A stretch of 63,179 bases of DNA, filler included, from Octopus bimaculoides (taxonomy: Eukaryota), in assembly GCF_001194135.2 (NCBI RefSeq). It is 6 parts of 5 records of this genome, joined end to end, with 100 filler letters (N's around TTAATTAATTAA, not from the genome) between each part and the next. Parts side by side here need not be neighbours in the genome. Positions count along the whole stretch, not along the records: positions 36,173 to 56,184 come from NC_069000.1; positions 56,285 to 63,179 come from NC_069000.1; 4 more parts are not named here. One strand, given 5' to 3'. The position numbers and the translations under genes were made by a program. How positions within the stretch are numbered: the first letter of the stretch is position 1; each line of letters starts with the position of its first letter. Positions 51,225 to 63,179 of this stretch are shown here, in pieces. A model generated the notes under the pieces. The model was not told where the DNA came from, did no database searches, and worked only from the letters and a program-made list of their open reading frames with translations.

Positions 51225-53030
51225 CAGTAAGGGTGTAGGATACATTATAGGAAATGTATCCTGGATACATTATAGGAACGCCTATCGTAGACATGATCCT
51301 ACACTCATGGATAACTGAATGTTTGAGTATATTCAGAATTGCAGACAACATAAGAGAATTAATTAGCTATAGCATGAAGGAATGTAAAGTAGATCTTTAC
51401 TCAGGTGATGCAGCCTTTGGGAAAGTCCATATCAAGAACAGAATTTTCAAGGGAGATTCGTTATCGCCTTCAATATATATGTTATGTCTAGTTCACCTCA
51501 GTTCAGTTTTAAGAAAAACAATGGCAAGTATCATTTAGGAAATAGTAAAGGAAAACTAACCATTTGCTCTACATGGATGGTCTGAAGCTTAGTTTTTAAT
51601 AAGAATAAACAGAAATAAATATCTTGATTCAGGCTATAAAACACTTCAGCAAAGATATGGGCATGGAATTTGGCATAGATAAGTGCGCAATATTAGTCAT
51701 AAAAAAAGACAGTCAGCAATAAAGGCATTTTATGAATTTTAATGAATTTTAATGAATTTTATATCTGGCCATCTGGTAACTGGATAATTATCAGATGGCC
51801 AGATATTAAAATCGCTGAAAGTATTAGAATCTGACAGAGTATTAACTATAGAAATTAAAGAGAAAATTATGAAAGAGTGCAGGAGAGGTTAATGCATTCA
51901 AAGCTAAATGGTCCGAATCTAGAAAAAATTGTAAATACTTGGGCACGATCGTTACTTAGTTATTCCGCAGCCTTTGGAGAGTGGACAAAATCTGAATAAC
52001 CGAATCTAGACGGAATTCAATTAGTACCGAATTCAATATGAATGGAAGACTTAGTCCTGGAGTAGAAGTAGCAAGATTGACTTTACCTAGAAAGGAAGGT
52101 GATAGAGGTCTAATATGAGTTGAAAACTGTGTGGAATTAGCAAGAGTAGATATGGCCTCATAAATAGGGAACTGTAAGGAAACTGTACTAAGTGCTGCTC
52201 GTGTAAAATTAGGAGACAGAGAAACCGAAAAGCCAAATCAAGTTAAAAAGCAGAAAAAAAGAAGCGAGGTTATCTGACTGGTAAGGGAAAGCTTTTCATA
52301 ATGGATTTCGAAGAATAGTTGAAGAAAATAGTTATAGGGAGACGGAGATGGTCGTGGTAGCAAAAAGGAAGGCTGAAAAATTAGAGAAGTTTCTTAGTAG
52401 CAGCGGAAGATCAGGTATTGTAGACTAATTGGATAAAAGCTAAGATAGATATAAAAAAATCAGATAGATTCCCAGTGTAGGCTATATATATATCAAAGAA
52501 AGAAAGTGTTACATACATAGTTAGTGAATGTAATATGCTGGCACAGAAAGAATACAAGAAAGGACATGATAATCTAAGGAGAATAATCCACTGGGAGTTA
52601 TGTAAAAGGTAAGATTTTAATGGTATGAGCACGGACCTAGTAAAGTGTTTGTAAGTTAGAAATATAAGATGTGGGATTTTAACATTCAGATTGAGAGAGT
52701 AATAGAAGCAAGATGGCCTGATTTAGTAGTAGTAGACAAAGAGAATAGAAAGTGTCGTAATTGATTTTACAGTCATGAATGATGGCAAAGTCAATATGAG
52801 AGGCAAAGAGTAAATAGCAAAGTACCAGGACCTAGGTACTGAAAGGCTGAGGTCATGGAAAGTGTGGATAAAATACATCCCAGTAGTTATTGGTACATTA
52901 GGAAATATTCTTAATGAATCTAACAGATTAATAGAGAGACTAAACATAAAACTAGTTTAGTGCAACTCCAGAGAACAGTGTTATTAGGCATAGCTAGGAT
53001 ACTTAAGAACTTCCTTCTCATGTATGGTAA
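51225..53030 (+). mobile_element. Long decayed R4/Dong LINE (RT, zinc finger, RLE)
   Basis: HSWITECL, RIFKGDSLSP, NHLLYMDGLKL (YMDD variant at about 51570-51581), WDFNIQ..RWPDLVVVDKE, VVIGTLG. Many stops. (AAT)n follows at about 53085-53136. Confidence 0.85.
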
Positions 53031-53086
53031 CTTAGTAATATTAGATTTTTTTTTTTACAATAGACTATTCTATTGGCCGATAATGA

Positions 53087-53137
<51 letters not shown>

Positions 53138-53147
53138 TTTGTTATTC

Positions 53148-53443
53148 CAGTTCTATATTTAAGAGATGATGAATTATGTATATTATTTACATTATTTACA
53201 TTACTTACATTCGACGGATATTTGTCCTCTTCTTGTTTGTTGTTAACACCACGTTTCGGCTGATATACCCTCCAGCCTTCTTCGGGTGTATTGGGCAAAT
53301 TTTGAACCTGGGTTCTCATTCCTAAGGTATTTTTCGATGTTATTGTTATTGTCAGTGTTCAGGTCATTGCTTGGAATCGAACTCGGAATCTTGGGGCTAG
53401 TAGCCTGCGCTCTTAACCACTACGCCATATGCCCACGGGCACC
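53148..53443 (-). mobile_element. Complete SINE family H: tRNA(Arg)-like head, AAC/AAT linker, hammerhead-bearing tail
   Basis: A box TGGCGTAGTGG (53417-53427), B box GAGTTCGATTCC (53373-53384). Hammerhead-like motif at about 53245-53291 with CCGAAGA core and GUG triplet. Confidence 0.8.
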
Positions 53444-53620
53444 TTATTTACATTATTTACATTATTTACATTCGACGGATATTTGTCCTCATCTTGTTTG
53501 TTGTTAACACAACGTTTCGGTTGATATACCTCCAGCCTTCTTCGGGCTTAGAATCGAACTCGGAATCTTGGGGTTAGTAGCCCGCGCTCTTAACCATTAC
53601 GCCATATGCCCACGGGCACC
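53444..53620 (-). mobile_element. Internally deleted SINE family H, head-to-tail with the previous copy
   Basis: Head 53548-53620 is joined directly to the hammerhead region 53506-53547 and the 3' tail. Confidence 0.75.
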
Positions 53621-53760
53621 TTAGGAATGAGAACACAGGTTCTAAATTTCCCCAAGATACCTGATGAAGGCTGGAGGGTATATCAGCCGAAACGTTGTGT
53701 TAACAACAAACGAGATGAGGATAAATATCCGTCGAATGTAAATAATTTAAATAATGTAAT
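53619..53760 (+). mobile_element. SINE family H tail in inverted orientation
   Basis: CCTTAGGAATGAGAAC...AAATATCCGTCGAATGTAAATAAT. Confidence 0.8.
53656..53701 (+). ncRNA. Minimal type-I hammerhead ribozyme motif with intact core
   Basis: gatac-CTGATGA(53661-53667)-A-GGCTG-gagggtatat-CAGCC-GAA-ACGT-T-gtgtt. Palindromic stem III ACGU, triplet GUU, predicted cleavage after 53696. Confidence 0.7.
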
Positions 53761-54607
53761 TTTCTTATTTCCCGAAATGGGTGCAAAATCAAAGGCGAAT
53801 ACCAAGACAAAAGAGTGTGGGTATTTACAGAAACGAGTGTAAGCAATAAAGACAATAATAACCAGAAAATTATTAAAAGTCCCCNNNNNNNNNNNNNNNN
53901 NNNNNNNNNNNNNNNNNNNNNNNNNNNNNNNNNNNNNNNNNNNNNNNNNNNNNNNNNNNNNNNNNNNNNNNNNNNNNNNNNNNNNNNNNNNNNNNNNNNN
54001 NNNNNNNNNNNNNNNNNNNNNNNNNNNNNNNNNNNNNNNNNNNNNNNNNNNNNNNNNNNNNNNNNNNNNNNNNNNNNNNNNNNNNNNNNNNNNNNNNNNN
54101 NNNNNNNNNNNNNNNNNNNNNNNNNNNNNNNNNNNNNNNNNNNNNNNNNNNNNNNNNNNNNNNNNNNNNNNNNNNNNNNNNNNNNNNNNNNNNNNNNNNN
54201 NNNNNNNNNNNNNNNNNNNNNNNNNNNNNNNNNNNNNNNNNNNNNNNNNNNNNNNNNNNNNNNNNNNNNNNNNNNNNNNNNNNNNNNNNNNNNNNNNNNN
54301 NNNNNNNNNNNNNNNNNNNNNNNNNNNNNNNNNNNNNNNNNNNNNNNNNNNNNNNNNNNNNNNNNNNNNNNNNNNNNNNNNNNNNNNNNNNNNNNNNNNN
54401 NNNNNNNNNNNNNNNNNNNNNNNNNNNNNNNNNNNNNNNNNNNNNNNNNNNNNNNNNNNNNNNNNNNNNNNNNNNNNNNNNNNNNNNNNNNNNNNNNNNN
54501 NNNNNNNNNNNNNNNNNNNNNNNNNNNNNNNNNNNNNNNNNNNNNNNNNNNNNNNNNNNNNNNNNNNNNNNNNNNNNNNNNNNNNNNNNNNNNNNNNNNN
54601 NNNNNNN

Positions 54608-54760
54608 NCCACCACAACCACCACCACCACCACCACAACCACCACCACCACCACCACTAAAACCACCACCACCACCACCATATTATTGTCACCATCACTA
54701 CTATTATTACTACTGCCACCATCACCAACATCACCGTCATCACCACTATAACAGGAATTC
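54608..54760. repeat. (CAC)n/(CAT)n tract
   Basis: Visible tandem repeats next to a gap. Confidence 0.85.
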
Positions 54761-55884
54761 GCGAATCTGCCATCTTCTCTGCCTTCAACATCTCCACCAT
54801 CATCATTATCAATATCATCGTCCTCAACAGCTCCACCTACATCACTAGTAGCTCACCGTACCCCTAGCACCATCATATCTTCCTGAGCAATCACCATTAC
54901 CCCCACCCCTGTCACTCACATCATGGCCAATCAGTTATGCTGTCTTTTCTGTTGGTATTTGAAAGGCATAGGAAATCAATAGTAAAGTGTGCTTCATGAT
55001 CGATATAAACAAATAACAAAGTCACGCAAGAAAGATAATCAACAGAAACAACATTGAGTAAAAAAAAAGTGACACAGACTATATATGCGATCACATGCAC
55101 ATCAAAGATATACGCACACACGTGACGTGTCTCTCTGCGCCTGTATTTATGTAGTATCAATGTCTGTGTTTGTGTGTATTTATTTATAACAAACACACAC
55201 ACACACACACACGCAATGAATGAGCGTTTATAAAAACAACATCACCAGTAGCTTTTTTTCTCTCCTGATCTATCTTGCGTTTATAACAAAGTTTCATATT
55301 GGTCCTGCCACCGAAATTGTGTCTTAAGACGTAGCGTCAGCAATAAGAATCAATTCTAGATGTCATTGACTAGAATTCTAATAAAATATAAAAGACGGTG
55401 ATGCTTCTCACTAATTCCGCTAGCGGACTTTTTAATCGTTCTTTTCCTCTACACGTCTTTCACAATTATATCTATATACAATCTTTCTTCTCTTGTACGG
55501 ACGTTCAAAAGACTGGTCGTTCTATTTCTCTGTCTTCTACCTTTTCTCTCTTCAAAGAAAATATTTCTTCCAGCGTTCGCTATTTTCCTTTCGTTCTGGT
55601 CTAACGACCCCCCATGTTTGCTTTCGTTCGGTTTTGTTGTCTGTCTCCACTGTCCTGTTTTTGTTCACAACTTTGACCTTCCATAAATCCTAAATCTTAC
55701 TTTAGAATTTATGGGATCAACTGTCTTTGAAGATTCACCTTGTCACTGAAAGATCGAAATGAAGAGTAGATAAACAGCTGACAACAGATAAAGGGTGCTT
55801 TTCCATGTGTTTACTTGTCCGGTTTTTACGTATTTCATGTTACTTGCACAGTTGGTGACGTCCTATATGCATATATGCACACAC

Positions 55885-55917
<33 letters not shown>

Positions 55918-55936
55918 CACACAAACATACATACAC

Positions 55937-55991
<55 letters not shown>

Positions 55992-56131
55992 TTACGGAGA
56001 TGTACTTGCATAGCAAGTCACCTGATCTGAGATCATGTGCTGAAGCAAAAACAATTGCAGCGTGGAAGGTGTTTATAAACCATTTAAAGACAAACAAACG
56101 CCGTTACACGCATTTGAACATTTAAAGTTAA

Positions 56132-56183
56132 TTTGCCAAAATATTTTCGTCGCTTTCAGACTGCGACCTCTTCACTGACAAAA
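56132..56183 (-). ncRNA. Minimal hammerhead motif, third family, C3-to-G mutated
   Basis: Reverse complement reads tttgtca-GTGAAGA-g-GTCGC-agtctgaaa-GCGAC-GAA-AATATT-T-tggcaaa. 7-bp stem I, 5-bp stem II, palindromic stem III. Confidence 0.6.
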
Positions 56184-56184
56184 T

Positions 56185-56284
56185 NNNNNNNNNNNNNNNN
56201 NNNNNNNNNNNNNNNNNNNNNNNNNNNNTTAATTAATTAANNNNNNNNNNNNNNNNNNNNNNNNNNNNNNNNNNNNNNNNNNNN
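56185..56284. other. Artificial scaffold-join spacer
   Basis: TTAATTAATTAA at 56229-56240 inside N runs. Confidence 0.9.
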
Positions 56285-56324
56285 ATATATATATATATAT
56301 ATATATAGATAGATATATATATGG

Positions 56325-56480
56325 CCATGTGGTAAGAAGCTTGCTTCCCAGCCACATGGTTCTGGGTTCAGTCCCACTGCATGACACCTTGGGCAAGTGT
56401 CTTTTACTAAAACCTCCGGCTGACAAAGTCCATGTGAGTGTATTTGACAAAGAGGACCTGAAAGGAACCCATCATGTGTA
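56325..56480 (+). mobile_element. SINE family A head
   Basis: GGCCATGTGGTAAG..GGGTTCAGTCCC..CACCTTGGGCAAGTG. Confidence 0.75.
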
Positions 56481-56948
56481 TATGTGTGTGGTGTATGTGT
56501 ATGCATATGTATGTGTGTGAGGGGATTAGCACACGTTAGGAGATAGGCGTGCATGGTAGAAAATATAGTACTTGATAACCAAATACAGTAATATAGCGCT
56601 TTAAACCAGTAAAAATATTCCTCTGTAAACAGTTACTCCGAGTTTCACATCAAATTCCAGTAACCAATTCTGATAATTACAACCACGATAAATAATAAGC
56701 ATATTACGATCACAAGATTATTATGAGTGAATGGCATGACCAATAGAGAGAATGTAAAGAAGAGAAAGGACGGTTCCTGTAGAGAGCAGAACCCGGATAT
56801 TCTTAAGTATCTGCAACAGAAAATAAAGATTTTCGGTGGAAAATATTCCAAAGACTCCTACAGAGCACTTCCTTTTCATTTAGCAGCAGATAAATGGTTC
56901 TAATGAGGCAAGAAATAGCGATTTCGTTCCTACTTCTATTCAGAAATG

Positions 56949-56983
<35 letters not shown>

Positions 56984-57544
56984 NNNNNNNNNNNNNNNNN
57001 NNNNNNNNNNNNNNNNNNNNNNNNNNNNNNNNNNNNNNNNNNNNNNNNNNNNNNNNNNNNNNNNNNNNNNNNNNNNNNNNNNNATACATACATATATATA
57101 CATATATACATCGATTCGTAGCATTATCCTTCAGACGTAATCTTCATGTTTAATTAAACTTGCAAGTGTTATGAATTCGTAGGTCAGACAGATCCTGTAA
57201 TAAAATTGACAGCCATGTTATTTATCGGTGATATTTATCTTATTAAACTGTAATAAACCCGCAATTGTGTCTTCATTTCCTTCTCCATATTCTTGTAATC
57301 CATCTTCTTGTCACCATTTCCATGATTCCTACTTCTGTCGTTGTTGTTGTTCTTGTTGTTATTCTGAATATTGCACATTGTTGGCTGCGGCGGCGGAGGC
57401 GGTGGTGGCGGTGGCGGTCTCGTCGTTCTTGTTAACGTTATTATTATCGTATGGCCACGGTGGATATATTTATATATTCTCATATCATTTTAACGGTTCT
57501 TCGCATGATTTACTGGAGCCGCGCGTGTCTGTTGAAGAGAGGTA

Positions 57545-57562
57545 CCTAGTAGTAGTAGTTGG

Positions 57563-57622
<60 letters not shown>

Positions 57623-57639
57623 ATTGCTGTTGTTGTTGT

Positions 57640-57670
<31 letters not shown>

Positions 57671-57785
57671 GGTGGTTATAATAACGGTAGCTGTAGGATC
57701 AGTTGTATCAGGTGTAGTAGCAGCGGCAGTCCTAGTAGAGCAGCAGCAGCAGTAATAGTAGTAGTAGTAGTTTTTGATGCTGATG
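57545..57785. repeat. (TAG)n/(GGT)n/(CAG)n compound microsatellite
   Basis: Visible tandem repeats. Confidence 0.85.
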
Positions 57786-57974
57786 GTGATGTAGATGCGT
57801 ATGCTATTTCAAATCCATCCCTTTTCTTCGAGGCATCATATATCTAGGAATACAACAACCGAATATGTCACATATTCACAAGACGGTTAGGTGAACATGA
57901 AGATTTTGGTCACTGTTTCTATCAAATCGAATAAAGTGTATGAAGTAACATTCCTATCACCTGTTCTTTGAAGA

Positions 57975-58056
57975 TGTAGGCCAAGATGCCGCGCAGTGCA
58001 ACTGAACACGGAAGCATGTGGTTGGGAAGGGACCTTCTTACCACATAGCCATGTCT
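57975..58056 (-). mobile_element. Partial SINE family A head
   Basis: CCAAGATGCCGCGCAGTG..ACTGAAC..CATGTGGTTGGGAAG..CTTCTTACCAC. Confidence 0.6.
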
Positions 58057-58345
58057 GAGCCTATACACACACACACACACACATATATAGGCACACAGAT
58101 ATATACACAGGCGTACATTTGAGGATACTCGTAATTAATGCTTCCTTTCTGAATGTGTCTGAATATACATGTATAAGTGTAATTATATATATATATATAT
58201 ATATATNNNNNNNNNNNNNNNNNNNNNNNNNNNNNNNNNNNNNNNNNNNNNNNNNNNNNNNNNNNNNNNNNNNNNNNNNNNNNNNNNNNNNNNNNNNNNN
58301 NNNNNNNNNNNNNNNNNNNNNNNNNNACATACATACACATATATA

Positions 58346-58419
<74 letters not shown>

Positions 58420-58468
58420 TGTATATATGTATGTGTGCACTTATATATATGTATGTGTATATATTCTC

Positions 58469-58510
<42 letters not shown>

Positions 58511-59066
58511 ATACAAAGAAAACAAAAGAGTGGTGGAGAGTGGAATAGGAAAAGAAAGGATGAAAGAAAGAAGGAAAGCACAGAACAAAGGAACAAAGAC
58601 AGGAAGAAAGAGAGGAATAGACAAAAGGGGAAAAAAATGAGAAGAAAAAAAAATGAGAAGAAAAAATAAAAAAATTAAGAAAACGTCGAACTTTTCTTCA
58701 TCTTCGGTTTTCTCCATATTTTCTCATAATATTATTTTTAAATAAGAAACTTTAGAAATCGAAAGAAATTTCGATGATAATAACGGTCATTTTCCAAAAC
58801 GGGTATATTTCGACGTCTTTTATTTTTCATGTCTTTTTTCTATTTTCTTTTATGTTGCGCGGCGCTGCTTTAATATTATTTCCAAGAATGTGAGAATGAC
58901 AAGCTACGTGCTGCTACAAAGATTGGACTAATTGACCAAGCAGCCAGTGGCAATATTCTCGTTGGTAACATGAAACAGACGCTAAAATACCGAAAATTAC
59001 GCAACCCACAACTGAAATTTATTAAGCCTCTGAGAATATCGATTTGTTTTATTTTCTCTTATTTTA

Positions 59067-59133
<67 letters not shown>

Positions 59134-59223
59134 TTGTTTCTTTATTTATGCATTTATGTACTTATTTATAACATCGACTGAACGTGTATAGTTTTTATAT
59201 CTTATATAATGTTTCTGTGGATA

Positions 59224-59468
59224 CGATAGCTTTATACTTCGAAGGCGGTGAGCTGGCAGAGACGTTAGCACGCCGGGCGAAATGCTTAGTCATATTTCGT
59301 CTGTCTTTACGTTCTGAGTTCAAATTCCGCCGAGGTCAACATTCCCTTTCAGGGTTGATTAAATAAGTAGCAGTTACGCACGGGGGTCGATGTAATCGAC
59401 TTAAACCTTTTGTCTGTCCTTGTTTGTACCCTCTATGTTTAGCCCCGCTGTGGGCAATAAAGAAATAA
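59224..59468 (+). mobile_element. SINE family C (tail type 1)
   Basis: Matches the reverse complement of 14409-14637. Confidence 0.85.
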
Positions 59469-59486
59469 ATATTTTTATACGTCCAA

Positions 59487-59697
59487 GGCGGCGAGCTGGC
59501 AGAAACGTCAGCACGCCGGGCGAAATGCTTAGCGGTATTTCGTCTGCCTTTACGTTGTGAGTTCAAATTCCACCGAGGTCGACTTTGCCTTTCATCCTTT
59601 CGGGATCAATAAATTAAGTACCAGTTGCGTACTGGGGTCGATCTAATCAACTGACCCTTCCCCCAGATTTCAGGCTTTGTGCCTAGAGTAGAAAAGA
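59487..59697 (+). mobile_element. SINE family C (tail type 2), tandem to the previous copy
   Basis: Same head and central domain; tail CCTTCCCCCAGATTTCAGGC..GTGCCTAGAGTAGAAAAG. Confidence 0.8.
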
Positions 59698-60339
59698 AGA
59701 TTTTTTTATACTTCCATTTATGTATTTATGTGTTACATCCGTATCTTTTAATTCTTGTGAAAGAAATCAAATATATTTTTATGCATTCATCTCTCTTTTA
59801 CTCTCTCTCTCTCTTTATATATATATATATATNNNNNNNNNNNNNNNNNNNNNNNNNNNNNNNNNNNNNNNNNNNNNNNNNNNNNNNNNNNNNNNNNNNN
59901 NNNNNNNNNNNNNNNNNNNNNNNNNNNNNNNNNNNNNNNNNNNNNNNNNNNNNNNNNNNNNNNNNNNNNNNNNNNNNNNNNNNNNNNNNNNNNNNNNNNN
60001 NNNNNNNNNNNNNNNNNNNNNNNNNNNNNNNNNNNNNNNNNNNNNNNNNNNNNNNNNNNNNNNNNNNNNNNNNNNNNNNNNNNNNNNNNNNNNNNNNNNN
60101 NNNNNNNNNNNNNNNNNNNNNNNNNNNNNNNNNNNNNNNNNNNNNNNNNNNNNNNNNNNNNNNNNNNNNNNNNNNNNNNNNNNNNNNNNNNNNNNNNNNN
60201 NNNNNNNNNNNNNNNNNNNNNNNNNNNNNNNNAGTGCTCTGAACATATTTATAGAGAGAAAAGTTATTTCTTCTCTTTCCTCGTAACAGAATCGTTAACA
60301 CATCGGAGACTGTGTCACTCATTACATTTTATTCCACAT

Positions 60340-60376
<37 letters not shown>

Positions 60377-60817
60377 GAACGAGAGAGAGAGAGAGATAAA
60401 GAGAGAGAGAGAGAAATGGAGAGAGAGAAAGTGAGAGGCAGACAGAGATTATGCATAGACACAGGTATAACTAGATGCTCACACACATAATTGGAGGGCG
60501 AAGGGAGGAGTGCGAACGAGTGTCCTTAAAATGTGAGAAACATTAGAACACCTGATGTCAAATAAATCAGCGTCGAATCAGCGGGGCCAAATAGGCGGCG
60601 GCTAAACGGCTATGCCATGATGTCTCATACACAGTGGAAATGTTATGGAATCTCCAACAAATCCGAAGTATAAGCTTTCAGCTGTTTAATTCACCGGACA
60701 ATCTGCTCGTTGGTTTATCTTCCCAAATGGTAGAATATCTCACATACACGAGTACCCTCAGGCTATTCTCAGTTACAATAAACGTGACACTGTGTCGAAG
60801 CTTGGACATATACATAC

Positions 60818-60861
<44 letters not shown>

Positions 60862-60959
60862 CTGGTACAGTCCACCTGATGTGTTTCTATGCGCTCCTCG
60901 TCCACGCAGATTTATTCTCAGCACTTACGTCTGATCGACGTAATCATAAGTGAGATAGC

Positions 60960-61035
60960 ATACGATAGCAAACAGTGGAATCGAACACGCAACGATTCTG
61001 TTGGGAAGGGAACGTCTTAGCAACTTAGCCATGCC
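60960..61035 (-). mobile_element. Degenerate tRNA-SINE head
   Basis: Reverse complement GGCATGGCTAAGTTGCTAAG...GTGTTCGATTCC. Confidence 0.5.
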
Positions 61036-61714
61036 TGTCTCTAAACTAAAATTGAACTATAATAACTGTCTTGGTACACCATAAATAGTTTGGCAGCCGT
61101 CACTTAGCGCCATCTTGCATGTAATGAGCATTAGTGCAATGGGTTTACAGAAATAGAAAGAATATAAGATGAGGAGATATGAGAGAGAAAGAGAGGGACA
61201 GAGAGGGGGTGAGAGGGATGAACATGAGTGTGATCAGACAGTCAGACAGAGGCAGAGACGAAGAGACAGAGAGATAGAGACTAACAGACAGACAACTAGA
61301 CAGATATAAGAGGATAGTGGCTGGAAGGTATGGGTATGTTTGAGGAAGTTCGTGGAACTTAAGAGCTCTACATATAGAATGGAAAGCATTAATAACTCCC
61401 CCAGGGTCTTCTGGTTATTGTGTCATTTGGGGAAACATAATGGCTTTTCATAGATACACACACGGATACACACACACACACACATTTACACGCTCGGACG
61501 TACAAAGAGACACGCATATATGTACGTGTGTACGTATTGAGCATGCGTATAAACAGTTATATAGACAAACTGTGGGCAAGTACATATATGTGCGTATACA
61601 GGTATGCGCAATCATACATGCAGGCGTACACACGTGTATACATCCATGCACGCATACGGACATACATAGTGGTGTATAGTTATCTATATTCGTTCTATAA
61701 TAACTGCATAAACA

Positions 61715-62539
61715 AGTGCTGATATATATCTATATATGTATATACGTACCCCTCCCCCCACACACATACATACACACATACATATATATATACATTCTAT
61801 GTATTTATATTTCTACATATATGCACATATATATACGCACATATATATATATGTATATATATGTATGTGCATATATATATATGTATATATACATATGTAT
61901 TTATATGTATATATGTATATATANNNNNNNNNNNNNNNNNNNNNNNNNNNNNNNNNNNNNNNNNNNNNNNNNNNNNNNNNNNNNNNNNNNNNNNNNNNNN
62001 NNNNNNNNNNNNNNNNNNNNNNNNNNNNNNNNNNNNNNNNNNNNNNNNNNNNNNNNNNNNNNNNNNNNNNNNNNNNNNNNNNNNNNNNNNNNNNNNNNNN
62101 NNNNNNNNNNNNNNNNNNNNNNNNNNNNNNNNNNNNNNNNNNNNNNNNNNNNNNNNNNNNNNNNNNNNNNNNNNNNNNNNNNNNNNNNNNNNNNNNNNNN
62201 NNNNNNNNNNNNNNNNNNNNNNNNNNNNNNNNNNNNNNNNNNNNNNNNNNNNNNNNNNNNNNNNNNNNNNNNNNNNNNNNNNNNNNNNNNNNNNNNNNNN
62301 NNNNNNNNNNNNNNNNNNNNNNNNNNNNNNNNNNNNNNNNNNNNNNNNNNNNNNNNNNNNNNNNNNNNNNNNNNNNNNNNNNNNNNNNNNNNNNNNNNNN
62401 NNNNNNNNNNNNNNNNNNNNNNNNNNNNNNNNNNNNNNNNNNNNNNNNNNNNNNNNNNNNNNNNNNNNNNNNNNNNNNNNNNNNNNNNNNNNNNNNNNNN
62501 NNNNNNNNNNNNNNNNNNNNNNNNNNNNNNNNNNNNNNN

Positions 62540-62606
<67 letters not shown>

Positions 62607-62680
62607 CACACATATAGAGAGATATAGATATATATACACATATATATATAGGCACTTATATATGTGTGTGCGTGTCACAG
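61715..62680. repeat. (TA)n/(CA)n microsatellite flanking an N gap
   Basis: Visible tandem repeats. Confidence 0.85.
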
Positions 62681-63179
62681 TGTATGTATAGAGATGGATT
62701 GAAAAGTATTTATTACAAGATTATTTGTCTAAGCTTCGAATAATTAATCTTTTATGTAATTAGAATGTTTGCTGTTATATTGTACCGGGGCAATTCTCAG
62801 CTGCACGATATCCAAATTAAATTCTGCATATCTTATCTCACGTAGAATATAATATACGTGTAACACATACACGCGTGTGTTTAGGCGTATATGTGCACAT
62901 CTACGCTACGTCTGCACATGAATGTGTGCTTACAGTGGTAATCATTCACCTTTGCTCAACGACACGGACAGAAAACGTGCGTATGTATGTATGTAAGTAT
63001 TTATAATTATAGTTATTTATTTAGCTATTCATTTATGTACGCTTTATTGTCTCTCTTCAACAATAGTCTCAAGCAATATTTGTAAATTTCGATGGGGCTG
63101 CAATACAATTAAAACTTGTAGTGTAACTTTCTTATCTGTTTACCCGTCTCTTCGTGTACATATGTATATATATATATAT

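Noticed and set aside
53362-53443. Functional tRNA gene
   Set aside because: It has no acceptor stem and a weak anticodon stem, and it is fused to a repeat tail. All tRNA-like segments here are SINE heads.

Overview
An AT-rich, repeat-saturated, gappy animal genomic window. The SINE families and the (AAT)n/(AT)n/(AC)n load suggest an Octopus-type cephalopod, which is an inference from remembered repeat sequences. No intact protein-coding gene is visible, and most of the supplied ORFs are microsatellite translations or run through N gaps. The window contains: (1) a dozen decayed R4/Dong-clade non-LTR retrotransposon fragments of at least five lineages, most abutting (AAT)n tracts; (2) decayed Tx1/L1-type fragments (endonuclease, RT, zinc-knuckle ORF1) and a CR1/L2/Jockey-type RT fragment; (3) at least five tRNA-derived SINE families; (4) a 313-bp solo-LTR-like element with a 5-bp TSD and two hAT-type MITEs with 8-bp TSDs; (5) a probable promoter and first exon (GTCACGTGAC ... 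ATG GCG GCC|GTAAGT) at about 35990-36037; (6) five artificial 100-bp scaffold spacers (44 N, TTAATTAATTAA, 44 N). The most notable signal is a set of minimal type-I hammerhead ribozyme motifs with palindromic or near-palindromic stem III, in three or four unrelated sequence contexts. One family forms the 3' half of a tRNA(Arg)-like SINE present in four copies. All calls were made by eye, and TE and SINE boundaries are approximate unless a TSD or TIR is quoted.
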